A model generated the notes under the pieces. That model did not search any database and was not told the origin of the DNA. It saw only the letters and a list, made by a program, of their open reading frames with translations. A stretch of 40,282 nt of DNA, taken from positions 1-40,282 of IMG/VR virus record IMGVR_UViG_3300046779_000420. The stretch is one strand, 5' to 3'. Shown piece by piece: positions 1 to 7,540 of the stretch. Within the stretch, counting starts at the first letter, position 1. Each line of letters begins with the position of its first letter. This stretch comes from a virus (lineage: Duplodnaviria; Caudoviricetes). The translations under genes were made by a program, and so were the position numbers.

Positions 1-240
1 TCATTTGCTAAACGCCTTAATCTCTTCGTCATCTAAGTTGGTATCGTAACTCTCGCCACACTTAGGGCAAGAGATAACCGCCATAAAACTATTCCCGTAA
101 GGGGCTAGGCTAATCGTTGTCTGCTGGTTGCAGTTATCACAAATTGCCCCGTCAGTTTGCGCTTCGTTAGGACCACACTCCGCGCAGATGTCGCACTCTG
201 TAATCGCTTCGTTTATTCCACACTCTTCGCACTTCATCAC
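1..240 (-). CDS. Small Cys-rich (multi CxxC zinc-ribbon) hypothetical protein
   Basis: Four CxxC motifs; ATGA overlap with the upstream gene; GGA-containing RBS-like sequence upstream. Confidence 0.7.
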   Translation of the reverse strand: MMKCEECGINEAITECDICAECGPNEAQTDGAICDNCNQQTTISLAPYGNSFMAVISCPKCGESYDTNLDDEEIKAFSK

Positions 241-530
241 GCGCTCGCTTCTTCTAGTTCTTTAATCATTTCGCGGGCTATCTCTGCCCAATTAACACGA
301 TATAGCGAGCCAATATCGGTGAGCATTAAGAATAATTCGTGATTATTCTTTACGCTATCGTAATCAAATAGTTCTTCAATTAGGTTCTGTAATTGGTCAG
401 ATAATTCACGAACCCCGTCTGCTTCATCTGCTAAACCGCGAGCGGTTAGATATAATCCGTAGGTGTTTTCTATCCATAAATTAACCGCCCAAGTTTCCCG
501 GTTAGTCCAGCCATTGTATTTCTCGCACAT
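237..530 (-). CDS. Hypothetical phage protein (YNGWTNRETW motif)
   Basis: Start moved from the ORF-track 602 to ATG at 530, preceded by AGGAG; motif YNGWTNxETWxVxLW and C-terminal VNWxEIA typical of small phage early proteins. Confidence 0.75.
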   Translation of the reverse strand: MCEKYNGWTNRETWAVNLWIENTYGLYLTARGLADEADGVRELSDQLQNLIEELFDYDSVKNNHELFLMLTDIGSLYRVNWAEIAREMIKELEEASA

Positions 531-579
531 TGTTTTCTCCTGTCCTGTGCTGATAGGCGTTTGCCTACCTAGTCCCTTA

Positions 580-636
580 ATGGTGTCTTGCTCACCGCGC
601 ACTCGTCAAGTGTTTAAGGGTGTGAGTTGTCTCTCA
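580..636 (-). promoter_or_regulatory. Putative sigma70-type promoter with upstream CRP-like box
   Basis: Minus-strand TTGACG (609-604), 18 nt, CACCAT; TGTGA-N6-TCTCA at 621-636 (one mismatch to the CRP consensus). Confidence 0.4.
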
Positions 637-804
637 CGGAAATCTAAGGTCTAAGCAGAATTGGCTTAGGGTTTCAATATCTCCCTTGCACTCGTCGGGT
701 GTGGTTAGTTCTCCAACTATCCACAAGATACCCAAGAAGACCGCGAGCCAAAAGAGAAACCTACATACCGCCCGAACTCTTAAACCCCTTTGAGTAAGTG
801 CCAT
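634..804 (-). CDS. Small membrane protein (one predicted TM helix)
   Basis: Hydrophobic FLFWLAVFLGILWIVG; TAATG coupling at 804 gives start MALTQRG. Confidence 0.65.
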   Translation of the reverse strand: MALTQRGLRVRAVCRFLFWLAVFLGILWIVGELTTPDECKGDIETLSQFCLDLRFP

Positions 805-1256
805 TACGCCACCGCCTTTTCTCTTAGTGGCAAACCCGCAAGGGTGCGCAGTTCGTTCTCGTGCTTCTGCCACATCTCAGAAATCTGCTCGCGCAATTCG
901 GGTTCCACTTCGTAACTTGCTCGCCACGCTTTATTACTTAAATCAGAAATCTCTTTACGCTCTTGCTCTTGCATCTCACGCAGTTGGTTCTCTAGTTCTT
1001 TTATTTGGTCGCGTAATGCTTGAAGTTGCGGTGCGTATCGGTTAGATACTGCTTCTATCTGCTCGCCTATCCCGTCCTTGTGTGCTTTAATTCGTGCATC
1101 TTGTTCTTTGGTTGCCAAGATACCGCGTAACGGGTTAATCGTTGCCAATTGCAGGGCTTCTAGTTCTCGCACTTTGGCGCGGGTCTTTGGGTCTAACTCA
1201 TTGTATTCATTAAAGGTTATGTGGTTATAGACCTTTAGTCCTTTGATGTTTCCCAC
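804..1256 (-). CDS. Hypothetical coiled-coil protein
   Basis: GTG start with AGGAG RBS; heptad-rich E/Q/L/K sequence. Confidence 0.7.
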   Translation of the reverse strand: MGNIKGLKVYNHITFNEYNELDPKTRAKVRELEALQLATINPLRGILATKEQDARIKAHKDGIGEQIEAVSNRYAPQLQALRDQIKELENQLREMQEQERKEISDLSNKAWRASYEVEPELREQISEMWQKHENELRTLAGLPLREKAVA

Positions 1257-1269
1257 TTTGTTTTCTCCT

Positions 1270-1339
1270 GTTCGTCGTTCTAGATAATCATTTGACTATC
1301 TACCACCCCCGCCCCTTTCGGGGTAGGGGTAGTAAATCT
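1270..1339 (-). ncRNA. Two-hairpin structured RNA motif, copy 1 (unknown class)
   Basis: Hairpins at 1301-1334 (GAAA loop) and 1281-1302; G-U pairs form only on the minus strand; covarying second copy at 2032-2106. Confidence 0.65.
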
Positions 1340-1564
1340 TCAAACCGCGCTAATGATAACCGCGTCCCTGTCTTTTGTCTCGCAATACTCGCGGGCGTCT
1401 TCTACGCTTTCAAACTTAATCCGATAATCTACTTCCCGCCCAAACCATAACCGCCCCGCTACCCAATACTTACCCGCTACGCGGTATACATAATAGTATT
1501 CGTGCGCTTTTGTGGTTCCGTCTGCGGTTCTATGGAATACCGCGCCCTTATTTTCCCATTTCAT
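1340..1564 (-). CDS. Hypothetical protein
   Basis: TAATG-coupled start MKWENKG at 1564. Confidence 0.65.
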   Translation of the reverse strand: MKWENKGAVFHRTADGTTKAHEYYYVYRVAGKYWVAGRLWFGREVDYRIKFESVEDAREYCETKDRDAVIISAV

Positions 1565-1743
1565 TATTTCACCCCGCAAGCGGTTAGAAATCTCTCGCGG
1601 TCAAATCGTGGATTTTCCTGCGCTAATCGCCACGCTAATTCGCCCGCTGTGAACTTTACGCCCTGCTGTTGTTCTGCGCTTGTGCTGTTCTCTATCTGCC
1701 ATTTAATAGCGTCTGCGATTAACACGTAATCTTTACGGGTCAT
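1564..1743 (-). CDS. Small phage protein MTRKDYVLIA...NPRFDRERFLTAC (59 aa, below ORF-track cutoff)
   Basis: Translated by hand; AGGAG RBS; MTRKDY and NPRFDxxRFxxAC motifs recur in phage early proteins. Confidence 0.8.
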   Translation of the reverse strand: MTRKDYVLIADAIKWQIENSTSAEQQQGVKFTAGELAWRLAQENPRFDRERFLTACGVK

Positions 1744-1769
1744 TTTCTTGCTCTCCTGTTCGGTTCTTT

Positions 1770-1836
1770 GGTGGTGTCTGCCATCATCAGAGACGGGGAA
1801 ACACCCCCATCTGACCCCCTTTCGGGGGTTTCGGCT
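1770..1836 (-). ncRNA. Hammerhead ribozyme, type II, with pseudoknot
   Basis: Minus strand: GCC GAA A CCCCC-GAAA-GGGGG UC^ AGAUGGGG-GUGUUU-CCCCGUCU CUGAUGA U GGC AGACACC; complete core, stems I/II/III, and loop I complementary to the 3' tail AGACAC. Confidence 0.9.
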
Positions 1837-2016
1837 TTAGCGATAAGGTAATTCCTTGCCTGTGGTGGTCTGATACCAGCGAACCGCGAGACGCATAAAG
1901 TGCGGTGTGCATAATTGTTCAATATCTAAATCATCATTAAAATCTGCTTGTGGATTTGGGTTCTTGCAAAGTAAGCACTCGTCAGAGAGCCACGCGATTT
2001 CTTTGTATTCGCTCAT
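1837..2016 (-). CDS. Small CxxC-containing hypothetical protein (59 aa)
   Basis: Translated by hand MSEYKEIAWLSDECLLCKNP...ELPYR*; AGGGG RBS; stop abuts the hammerhead. Confidence 0.65.
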   Translation of the reverse strand: MSEYKEIAWLSDECLLCKNPNPQADFNDDLDIEQLCTPHFMRLAVRWYQTTTGKELPYR

Positions 2017-2031
2017 TTTTTCCCCTTTTCG

Positions 2032-2106
2032 GTTCGTCTTGCTAGGTAGTTAATCTAACCACCTACCACCCCACCCCGTCAAGCAACGGGGCGGGATAGT
2101 AAGTCT
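2032..2106 (-). ncRNA. Two-hairpin structured RNA motif, copy 2
   Basis: Hairpins at 2064-2101 and 2043-2065; compensatory changes relative to copy 1; same GACGAAC tail. Confidence 0.65.
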
Positions 2107-2298
2107 TTAGCGTGTGCGGTCGTATCGGCTAATCAAGCCCCAGGTGTCGTCTTGCTTCTTTGCTAGGTGTTCGCCTAGTTCTTGCATATATTTTGAAAGT
2201 TGCTCTAAGTTGGTCTCTGAGTTATCTATCTCATTGTGCCATTTTTCTAAAGCGATTAAAAGAAGTTCATAATCGTATTTATTAAGACGTTTTGCCAT
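2107..2298 (-). CDS. Hypothetical protein, first gene of the leftward early operon
   Basis: ATG with AAGGG RBS directly downstream of the promoter at 2343-2371. Confidence 0.7.
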   Translation of the reverse strand: MAKRLNKYDYELLLIALEKWHNEIDNSETNLEQLSKYMQELGEHLAKKQDDTWGLISRYDRTR

Positions 2299-2342
2299 TT
2301 CTGATTTTCCCTTTCAGTAGTTCTTTATTAACTTGTAGGAGA

Positions 2343-2397
2343 ACAATATCAAGCGTAAATCTAGAAGTCAAGCATTTTCTTTGTGAGTTGCGTCACA
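2343..2397 (-). promoter_or_regulatory. Sigma70-type early promoter plus perfect CRP/GlxR box
   Basis: TTGACT (2371-2366), 17 nt, TATTGT (2348-2343); TGTGA-GTTGCG-TCACA at 2382-2397. Confidence 0.7.
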
Positions 2398-2460
2398 TCT
2401 TTACCCAATGGATATTCAGATATATTTAGTTGAACTTTCAACTATCGGAACCCTTTCGGG

Positions 2461-2499
2461 TGTATGGTCATATGGTTTATATGTATGGTCATATGGTTT
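2461..2499. repeat. Direct repeat TGTATGGTCATATGGTTT x2 (21-nt period)
   Basis: Identical 18-mers at 2461-2478 and 2482-2499. Confidence 0.85.
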
Positions 2500-2812
2500 G
2501 AATTCTGATTTATATATAAGGGGGGCGAACTAGAACCCGTCGGGGGGATAGTCGCTCACCCTGCCTTTTGATTTATATTTATTTATCTCTCAGAAATCTC
2601 TTATTTATTATTAAGTAATCTCTAAAGTTACCCTAAGGTAACTATATATATTCTCTCAGGTATAACTATCAAGTAAAGGTCTAGGGTCTGGGTCTTTGAC
2701 CCCAGAGTATTTAAACTGCGGTCAGATGTAACTGTAACTATCTCCCTAAAATTTTCTGTTATATCAGGGGGCTATATATGCTCTGACCTGCGGTTTTACC
2801 GCATTACAATAG

Positions 2813-2828
2813 TGTGACTAAGGTCACA
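2813..2828. promoter_or_regulatory. Perfect CRP/GlxR-type box
   Basis: TGTGA-CTAAGG-TCACA. Confidence 0.6.
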
Positions 2829-3050
2829 CGATATTTTTGTTCGGTTTTACGTTTTGAACAGGTTATCTTATATGTATAGATATTTATATATCTATACGGA
2901 GCGTCGCTCCGCCTCTTGCGGGCTACGCGACGTAATATAATATATATTAAAAATAATATATATAATATAATATATATAATATGGGGATATTCTGCCGTTT
3001 TATTGGGACGTTATAGATAGGTTTTAACGGTAGGAATAACCGACTAGAAT

Positions 3051-3226
3051 TGCTGAACCTGGACTAGGGGCTGAGACCTCTCGCAGAAAGTTGAATACCT
3101 ACCCAGGGTGAAAAGATACGCTAACGGTGTAGGCGGGCACACCCACGAAGTCAAGAGTAGTGGGAGGAAAGGGTTCGTATCCCGACTGGTCTGACGAGAC
3201 CAACGTGTTCAAGTAACTATTCAGCA
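3051..3226 (+). ncRNA. Unidentified multi-stem structured RNA (~176 nt)
   Basis: Nested helices TGCTGAA/TTCAGCA and TTGAATAC/GTGTTCAA; internal hairpins CCCAC/GTGGG, GGG-TTCGTAT-CCC, TGGTCT-GACG-AGACCA; no credible ORF. Confidence 0.55.
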
Positions 3227-3227
3227 T

Positions 3228-3299
3228 AGCCTCATAGTTCAATGGACAGAACGCAAGGTTACGTACCTTGAGGTAGAGGTTCAATTCCTCCTGGGGCGC
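3228..3299 (+). tRNA. tRNA-Arg(ACG), atypical
   Basis: Cloverleaf: D stem GTTC/GAAC, anticodon arm CAAGG-TTACGTA-CCTTG, T loop TTCAATT; mismatches at 1:72 (A-G) and the first T-stem pair; no encoded CCA. Confidence 0.7.
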
Positions 3300-3314
3300 G
3301 ATTAAAGGAGCACA

Positions 3315-5180
3315 ATGGGACGTAAGCCAGGCAAAGTGGACTTACCAAAGGGCGACGCCCAGAAGAAAGTTCTAGCCTTATTAGAACAGGGCAGTACCAT
3401 CTCAGCGGCTATGACTGCCGTCAACCGCAACGAGGTCACTTTCCGTCAATGGACAATGAACTCACCTGAGTTTAAGGAAGCAGCCGATAAAGCCCGCCTA
3501 GTGGGCAAAGGGGTCAAGGCTGACCTGAAGAACCTAAAGGATATTACCTTTGAGGAGTTCTCAGAGCAGTTCCTAGATTCTAAACTCTTTGACCATCAAC
3601 TATCCTGGATTGACCTGATTGAGGGTCGTGAGCCAAGATTCCTTCACCCTAATATGATTTATGAACCAGGGGCGGCAAACCGCGTACTTCTAAACGTACC
3701 CCCTGAGCACGCTAAGTCAACTACGATTACGATTAACTACGTAACCTACCAGATTGCCGTTAACCCTAACGTGCGAATCATTATCGTCTCTAAGACGCAA
3801 GGTATGGCTCGTAAGTTCCTTAGTGCAATTAAGACCCGCCTATCCCACCCATCTTGGATTAAGTTACAGATGGCGTTTGGACCTAATGGCGGTTACAAGG
3901 CTGATTCACCTACTTGGTCAGCAGATATGATTTATCTAGGCTCAGGAAGAGATTCTGGCGAAAAGGACCCTACGGTGCAAGCCTTAGGTTTCGGTTCTCA
4001 GATTTACGGTGCTCGCGCCGACCTGATTATCCTAGATGACGTGGTGATGAACTCAAATGCCCACGAATGGGAAAAGCAAATTGAATGGCTTCAAAAGGAA
4101 GTTATCACACGTCTGGGACGACACGGCAAACTACTTATCGTAGGAACCCGCGTCGCCCCAGTAGATTTATATAAACAGATTCGTGACGGCTCCAATTGGA
4201 CTGGTGGCAAAAGCCCCTTTACCTATTGTGCAATGCCAGCGGTTCTGGAGTTTGACGAGAAACCATTTAACTGGAAAACCCTTTGGGCTAAGACTGATAG
4301 ACCTGAAGGAGATGTGGACGAACCAGATGCCGACGGACTTTATCCGAAATGGGATGGACCCTCGCTCTTTACAAGGCGCTCTGAGGTTGCACCATCTGTC
4401 TGGGCTATGGTCTATCAACAGGAAGACGTCATTGAAGATGCCATCTTCCCCCCAGCCGCAGTCGCAGGTTGCGTCAACGGTATGCGAAAACGAGGACCAC
4501 TAAAACCTGGTACTCCAGGTCATCCTAAGCATTTGGAATCTTTTACCGTTATCGGTATAGACCCTGCTATGACTGGCGCAACTGCAGCCGTTGCTTGTAC
4601 TTTTAATAAGGCTGATGGAAAGATTTATATTCTGGATGCGGTCAATATGACTGAACCCTCCCCACAGAAGATTAGAACTCTAATTGAAGAGTGGGTACAA
4701 AAGTTCAAACCGCAAGAATTGCGTATTGAAATCAATGCTCACCAGAAAGCGTATGCCCTAGATGATGATTTGCGAAACTGGCTTTCAGCGTACGGTTGCA
4801 CGCTCAATCCTCATTTCACTGGTAAGAATAAATGGGATACCTCTTTCGGTGTCGCTTCTATGGCGACCTTATTTGGAAGCCTCAGAGACGGACGCTTCCA
4901 AGATAACAACCTTATTGAGTTGCCAAGTAACGAAGGCTCTGAAGGTCTAAAGGCTTTAGTACAGCAACTTATTACCTGGAAACCTGATACCAGAAACGCA
5001 ACAGACTGCGTGATGGCTTTATGGTTTGCAATTATCCGCATCCGCGAGATGATGCAACAAGGTTCCAACTTGCAGCGTTACACCAACAATCGTTGGTCAA
5101 CTAGAGCACAAGCCTCTAACAGAGCAAGTATTAATTTAGATGAAGCCTTTGCAGAGCAATGGCAACAGATATACGGATAG
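3315..5180 (+). CDS. terL: Terminase large subunit with N-terminal HTH-like extension
   Basis: Walker A-like LLNVPPEHAKST, Walker B ADLIILDD, coupling motif VGTR, nuclease VIGIDPA and TDCVMALW; AAGGAG RBS. Confidence 0.93.
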   Translation: MGRKPGKVDLPKGDAQKKVLALLEQGSTISAAMTAVNRNEVTFRQWTMNSPEFKEAADKARLVGKGVKADLKNLKDITFEEFSEQFLDSKLFDHQLSWIDLIEGREPRFLHPNMIYEPGAANRVLLNVPPEHAKSTTITINYVTYQIAVNPNVRIIIVSKTQGMARKFLSAIKTRLSHPSWIKLQMAFGPNGGYKADSPTWSADMIYLGSGRDSGEKDPTVQALGFGSQIYGARADLIILDDVVMNSNAHEWEKQIEWLQKEVITRLGRHGKLLIVGTRVAPVDLYKQIRDGSNWTGGKSPFTYCAMPAVLEFDEKPFNWKTLWAKTDRPEGDVDEPDADGLYPKWDGPSLFTRRSEVAPSVWAMVYQQEDVIEDAIFPPAAVAGCVNGMRKRGPLKPGTPGHPKHLESFTVIGIDPAMTGATAAVACTFNKADGKIYILDAVNMTEPSPQKIRTLIEEWVQKFKPQELRIEINAHQKAYALDDDLRNWLSAYGCTLNPHFTGKNKWDTSFGVASMATLFGSLRDGRFQDNNLIELPSNEGSEGLKALVQQLITWKPDTRNATDCVMALWFAIIRIREMMQQGSNLQRYTNNRWSTRAQASNRASINLDEAFAEQWQQIYG

Positions 5181-5186
5181 GAAATT

Positions 5187-6950
5187 ATGGCACTATCAAT
5201 TGAGCAGGTTAATGCGCGAGTACAGGCGCTTAAATATCGCGCTGTAGACCGCGACCAACGTGCACTTGACGTGCTTGCAGTTCGTAAGGGTGATATTGCA
5301 TCTGTCTATCCAGACTTCTTTCCAGAGGGCGTAGATGCTAACGTAGTTGCAAACTTCGTAGATATTGTCGCACGTGACCTTTCTGAAGTTATGGCTCCGC
5401 TACCTGCAGTCAACTGCAATGCGGCTAACTCAGTTAAGGACCGCGCTCGCAAGTTTGCTGATACCCGCACCCGTATTGCATCTAATTATTTTGCACATTC
5501 AGACCTCGGCGTTCAAATGTATCAGGGCGCTGACTGGTATCTAACATATGGTTTCGTTCCTTTCATTATTGAACTGGACGAAGAAGCGAAGTTGCCACGT
5601 ATCCGCATAGAAAACCCAATAGGTGCTTACCCTGAGTTTGACCGCTATGGACGTTGCGTTGCCTTTGCTAAGAGATATATGATGCAGTTAGGCGAACTCG
5701 TCGCACTATTTCCTGAGTACGAGTATCAATTACTTGGTAAGTTCCGCTATGAGCAGGACTTAACCCAACAGGTTGAGATGATTCGCTATTATGACGCTGA
5801 CCAGTCACTAATCTATATCCCAACCAAAGAGAACCTAGTTCTCTCTCGTGCCCAAAATCCACTTGGCAAGATGATGGTTGTAGTTGCAAAGAAGCCATCT
5901 GTTGATGGTGAAATGCGTGGTCAGTTTGACGACATCATTGGTATCCAATTGCTTCGCAATCGTTTTGCACTTCTTGCAATGGAAGCAGCAGAGAAGAGCG
6001 TTCAGGCTCCGATTGTTCTACCTCAAGACGTAAATGAATTACAACTTGGTGGAGATGCAATTATCCGTACTGCAAATCCTGCAGGTGTACGCCGTGTAGA
6101 ACTTACTCTACCAACGGGCGCATTTACAGAACAAACATTATTAAATCAAGAAATGCGTGTTGGTGCACGCTACCCAGAGGGACGTACAGGTAACATTGAT
6201 GCTTCAATTGTTACAGGTCAGGGTGTTCAGGCACTTATGGGTGCTTTTGATACGCAAGTTAAATCAGCACAAGCAATCTTTGCGAGCGCACTGCGCGACG
6301 TTATCCAGATTTGCTTTATGGTTGATGAACAAATTTTCTCTAAAGAAAAGACAATTCGTGGTGTAGATGCTGGTGCACCTTACGAAATTACTTACAATCC
6401 TAAGAAAGACATCAAGGGTGACTACTCTGCAGATGTTCGTTACGGAATGTTGGCAGGTCTTAACCCAGCACAAGGTCTTATCTTTATGCTACAAGCACTT
6501 GGTGGTGGCTTAATCTCTAAGGATTTGGCTATGCGTGAACTTCCATTCCAAGTGAATGTTACTCAAGAAGTAGAAAAGATTGAAATTGAAAGTATGCGTC
6601 AATCTTTGCTACAAGGAATTCAAGCAATGTCGCAAGCAATTCCACAAATGGCTACATCTGGTGGGGACCCTGTTGAAGTAGTTAACAAGATTTCTGCAGT
6701 AATCAAGGCTCGCCAAAAGGGACAGGCTCTTGAGGACGCGATTGCGGAAGTATTCGCACCTGCAGAACCTGTTCCTCCTACTGGAGAAACCGCCCCTATG
6801 GTTGAGCAACCGTCCCCTGCTCCCGCTGGCGCTCCAGTAGGAGGCTCTCCTGCTGCGGCACAAGCACAGCCAGATATTCAAACAATTCTTTCTAACCTAA
6901 CTGCATCAGGTGCAGCAGGTGGAAGAGCATCAATAGCAGCACGTCTATAA
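5187..6950 (+). CDS. Portal protein
   Basis: Position after terL, 587 aa, NFVDIVARDL N-terminal motif, SIVTGQGVQAL motif, Pro/Ala-rich tail. Confidence 0.85.
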   Translation: MALSIEQVNARVQALKYRAVDRDQRALDVLAVRKGDIASVYPDFFPEGVDANVVANFVDIVARDLSEVMAPLPAVNCNAANSVKDRARKFADTRTRIASNYFAHSDLGVQMYQGADWYLTYGFVPFIIELDEEAKLPRIRIENPIGAYPEFDRYGRCVAFAKRYMMQLGELVALFPEYEYQLLGKFRYEQDLTQQVEMIRYYDADQSLIYIPTKENLVLSRAQNPLGKMMVVVAKKPSVDGEMRGQFDDIIGIQLLRNRFALLAMEAAEKSVQAPIVLPQDVNELQLGGDAIIRTANPAGVRRVELTLPTGAFTEQTLLNQEMRVGARYPEGRTGNIDASIVTGQGVQALMGAFDTQVKSAQAIFASALRDVIQICFMVDEQIFSKEKTIRGVDAGAPYEITYNPKKDIKGDYSADVRYGMLAGLNPAQGLIFMLQALGGGLISKDLAMRELPFQVNVTQEVEKIEIESMRQSLLQGIQAMSQAIPQMATSGGDPVEVVNKISAVIKARQKGQALEDAIAEVFAPAEPVPPTGETAPMVEQPSPAPAGAPVGGSPAAAQAQPDIQTILSNLTASGAAGGRASIAARL

Positions 6951-6964
6951 CTTAAGAGGGGACA

Positions 6965-7540
6965 ATGACTACCTTAATTGCATATCAAGGCAAAGGCTGG
7001 GCTGTAATCGGTTGCGATTCACGTTCATCTGATGAATCTGGTCGTCCTATGGTTATGGCTACTCATAAGATTATTGAGAACAATGGCGTATTAATTGCTG
7101 GTTCTGGTGCAGGTCGTGGCTCAAACATTATGCAATTTGGCTGGAAAGCACCAAAACCAACTGCAGCAGATGCACAAGACCTTGATGGTTTTGTAAGTAG
7201 AAAATTTATTCCAGAAATGCGTAAAGTATTTATGGATGCTGGCTACGATATGAAGGAAGATGGGGATGCAGCGGCGCACGATTCAGATTTTCTTGTCTGC
7301 CTTCGCGGAGTTATCTATCCTATCTTTGGAGATTATTCTTGGGATAGGGATAGTCGTGGTATCTATTACGCTGGCAGTGGTGGGGACGTTGCTCTTGGCT
7401 CCCTTATTGCTTATCTTGAGGGTGTTAATAAGGATGACCCAGAAGATGTACGAGATGCGATTACGCTTGCAATAAGAAATGCTTGCGAATGGGACATTTA
7501 TACCGCACCACCTATTGTAACTAGAGTGCAGTACGCATAA
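6965..7540 (+). CDS. Ntn-hydrolase peptidase (proteasome beta / HslV-like)
   Basis: N-terminal Thr nucleophile (M)TTLIA, DSR at 17-19, Lys near 33, AGSG, YAGSGG and DIYT motifs. Confidence 0.85.
   Translation: MTTLIAYQGKGWAVIGCDSRSSDESGRPMVMATHKIIENNGVLIAGSGAGRGSNIMQFGWKAPKPTAADAQDLDGFVSRKFIPEMRKVFMDAGYDMKEDGDAAAHDSDFLVCLRGVIYPIFGDYSWDRDSRGIYYAGSGGDVALGSLIAYLEGVNKDDPEDVRDAITLAIRNACEWDIYTAPPIVTRVQYA

Noticed and set aside
1740-1922. ORF-track CDS on the minus strand
   Set aside because: Runs through the hammerhead and conflicts with better-supported ORFs 1837-2016 and 1564-1743
2461-2499. CRISPR mini-array (given the Cas4-like gene)
   Set aside because: Only two 18-nt repeats 3 nt apart with no spacer; solo Cas4-like nucleases are common in phages
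3051-3226. RNase P RNA, tmRNA or FMN riboswitch
   Set aside because: Only fragmentary resemblance (GAGGAAAG, GGGTGAAA, T-arm); too short or lacking the other conserved segments
3099-3284. ORF-track CDS on the minus strand
   Set aside because: Antisense to the tRNA and structured RNA; no RBS
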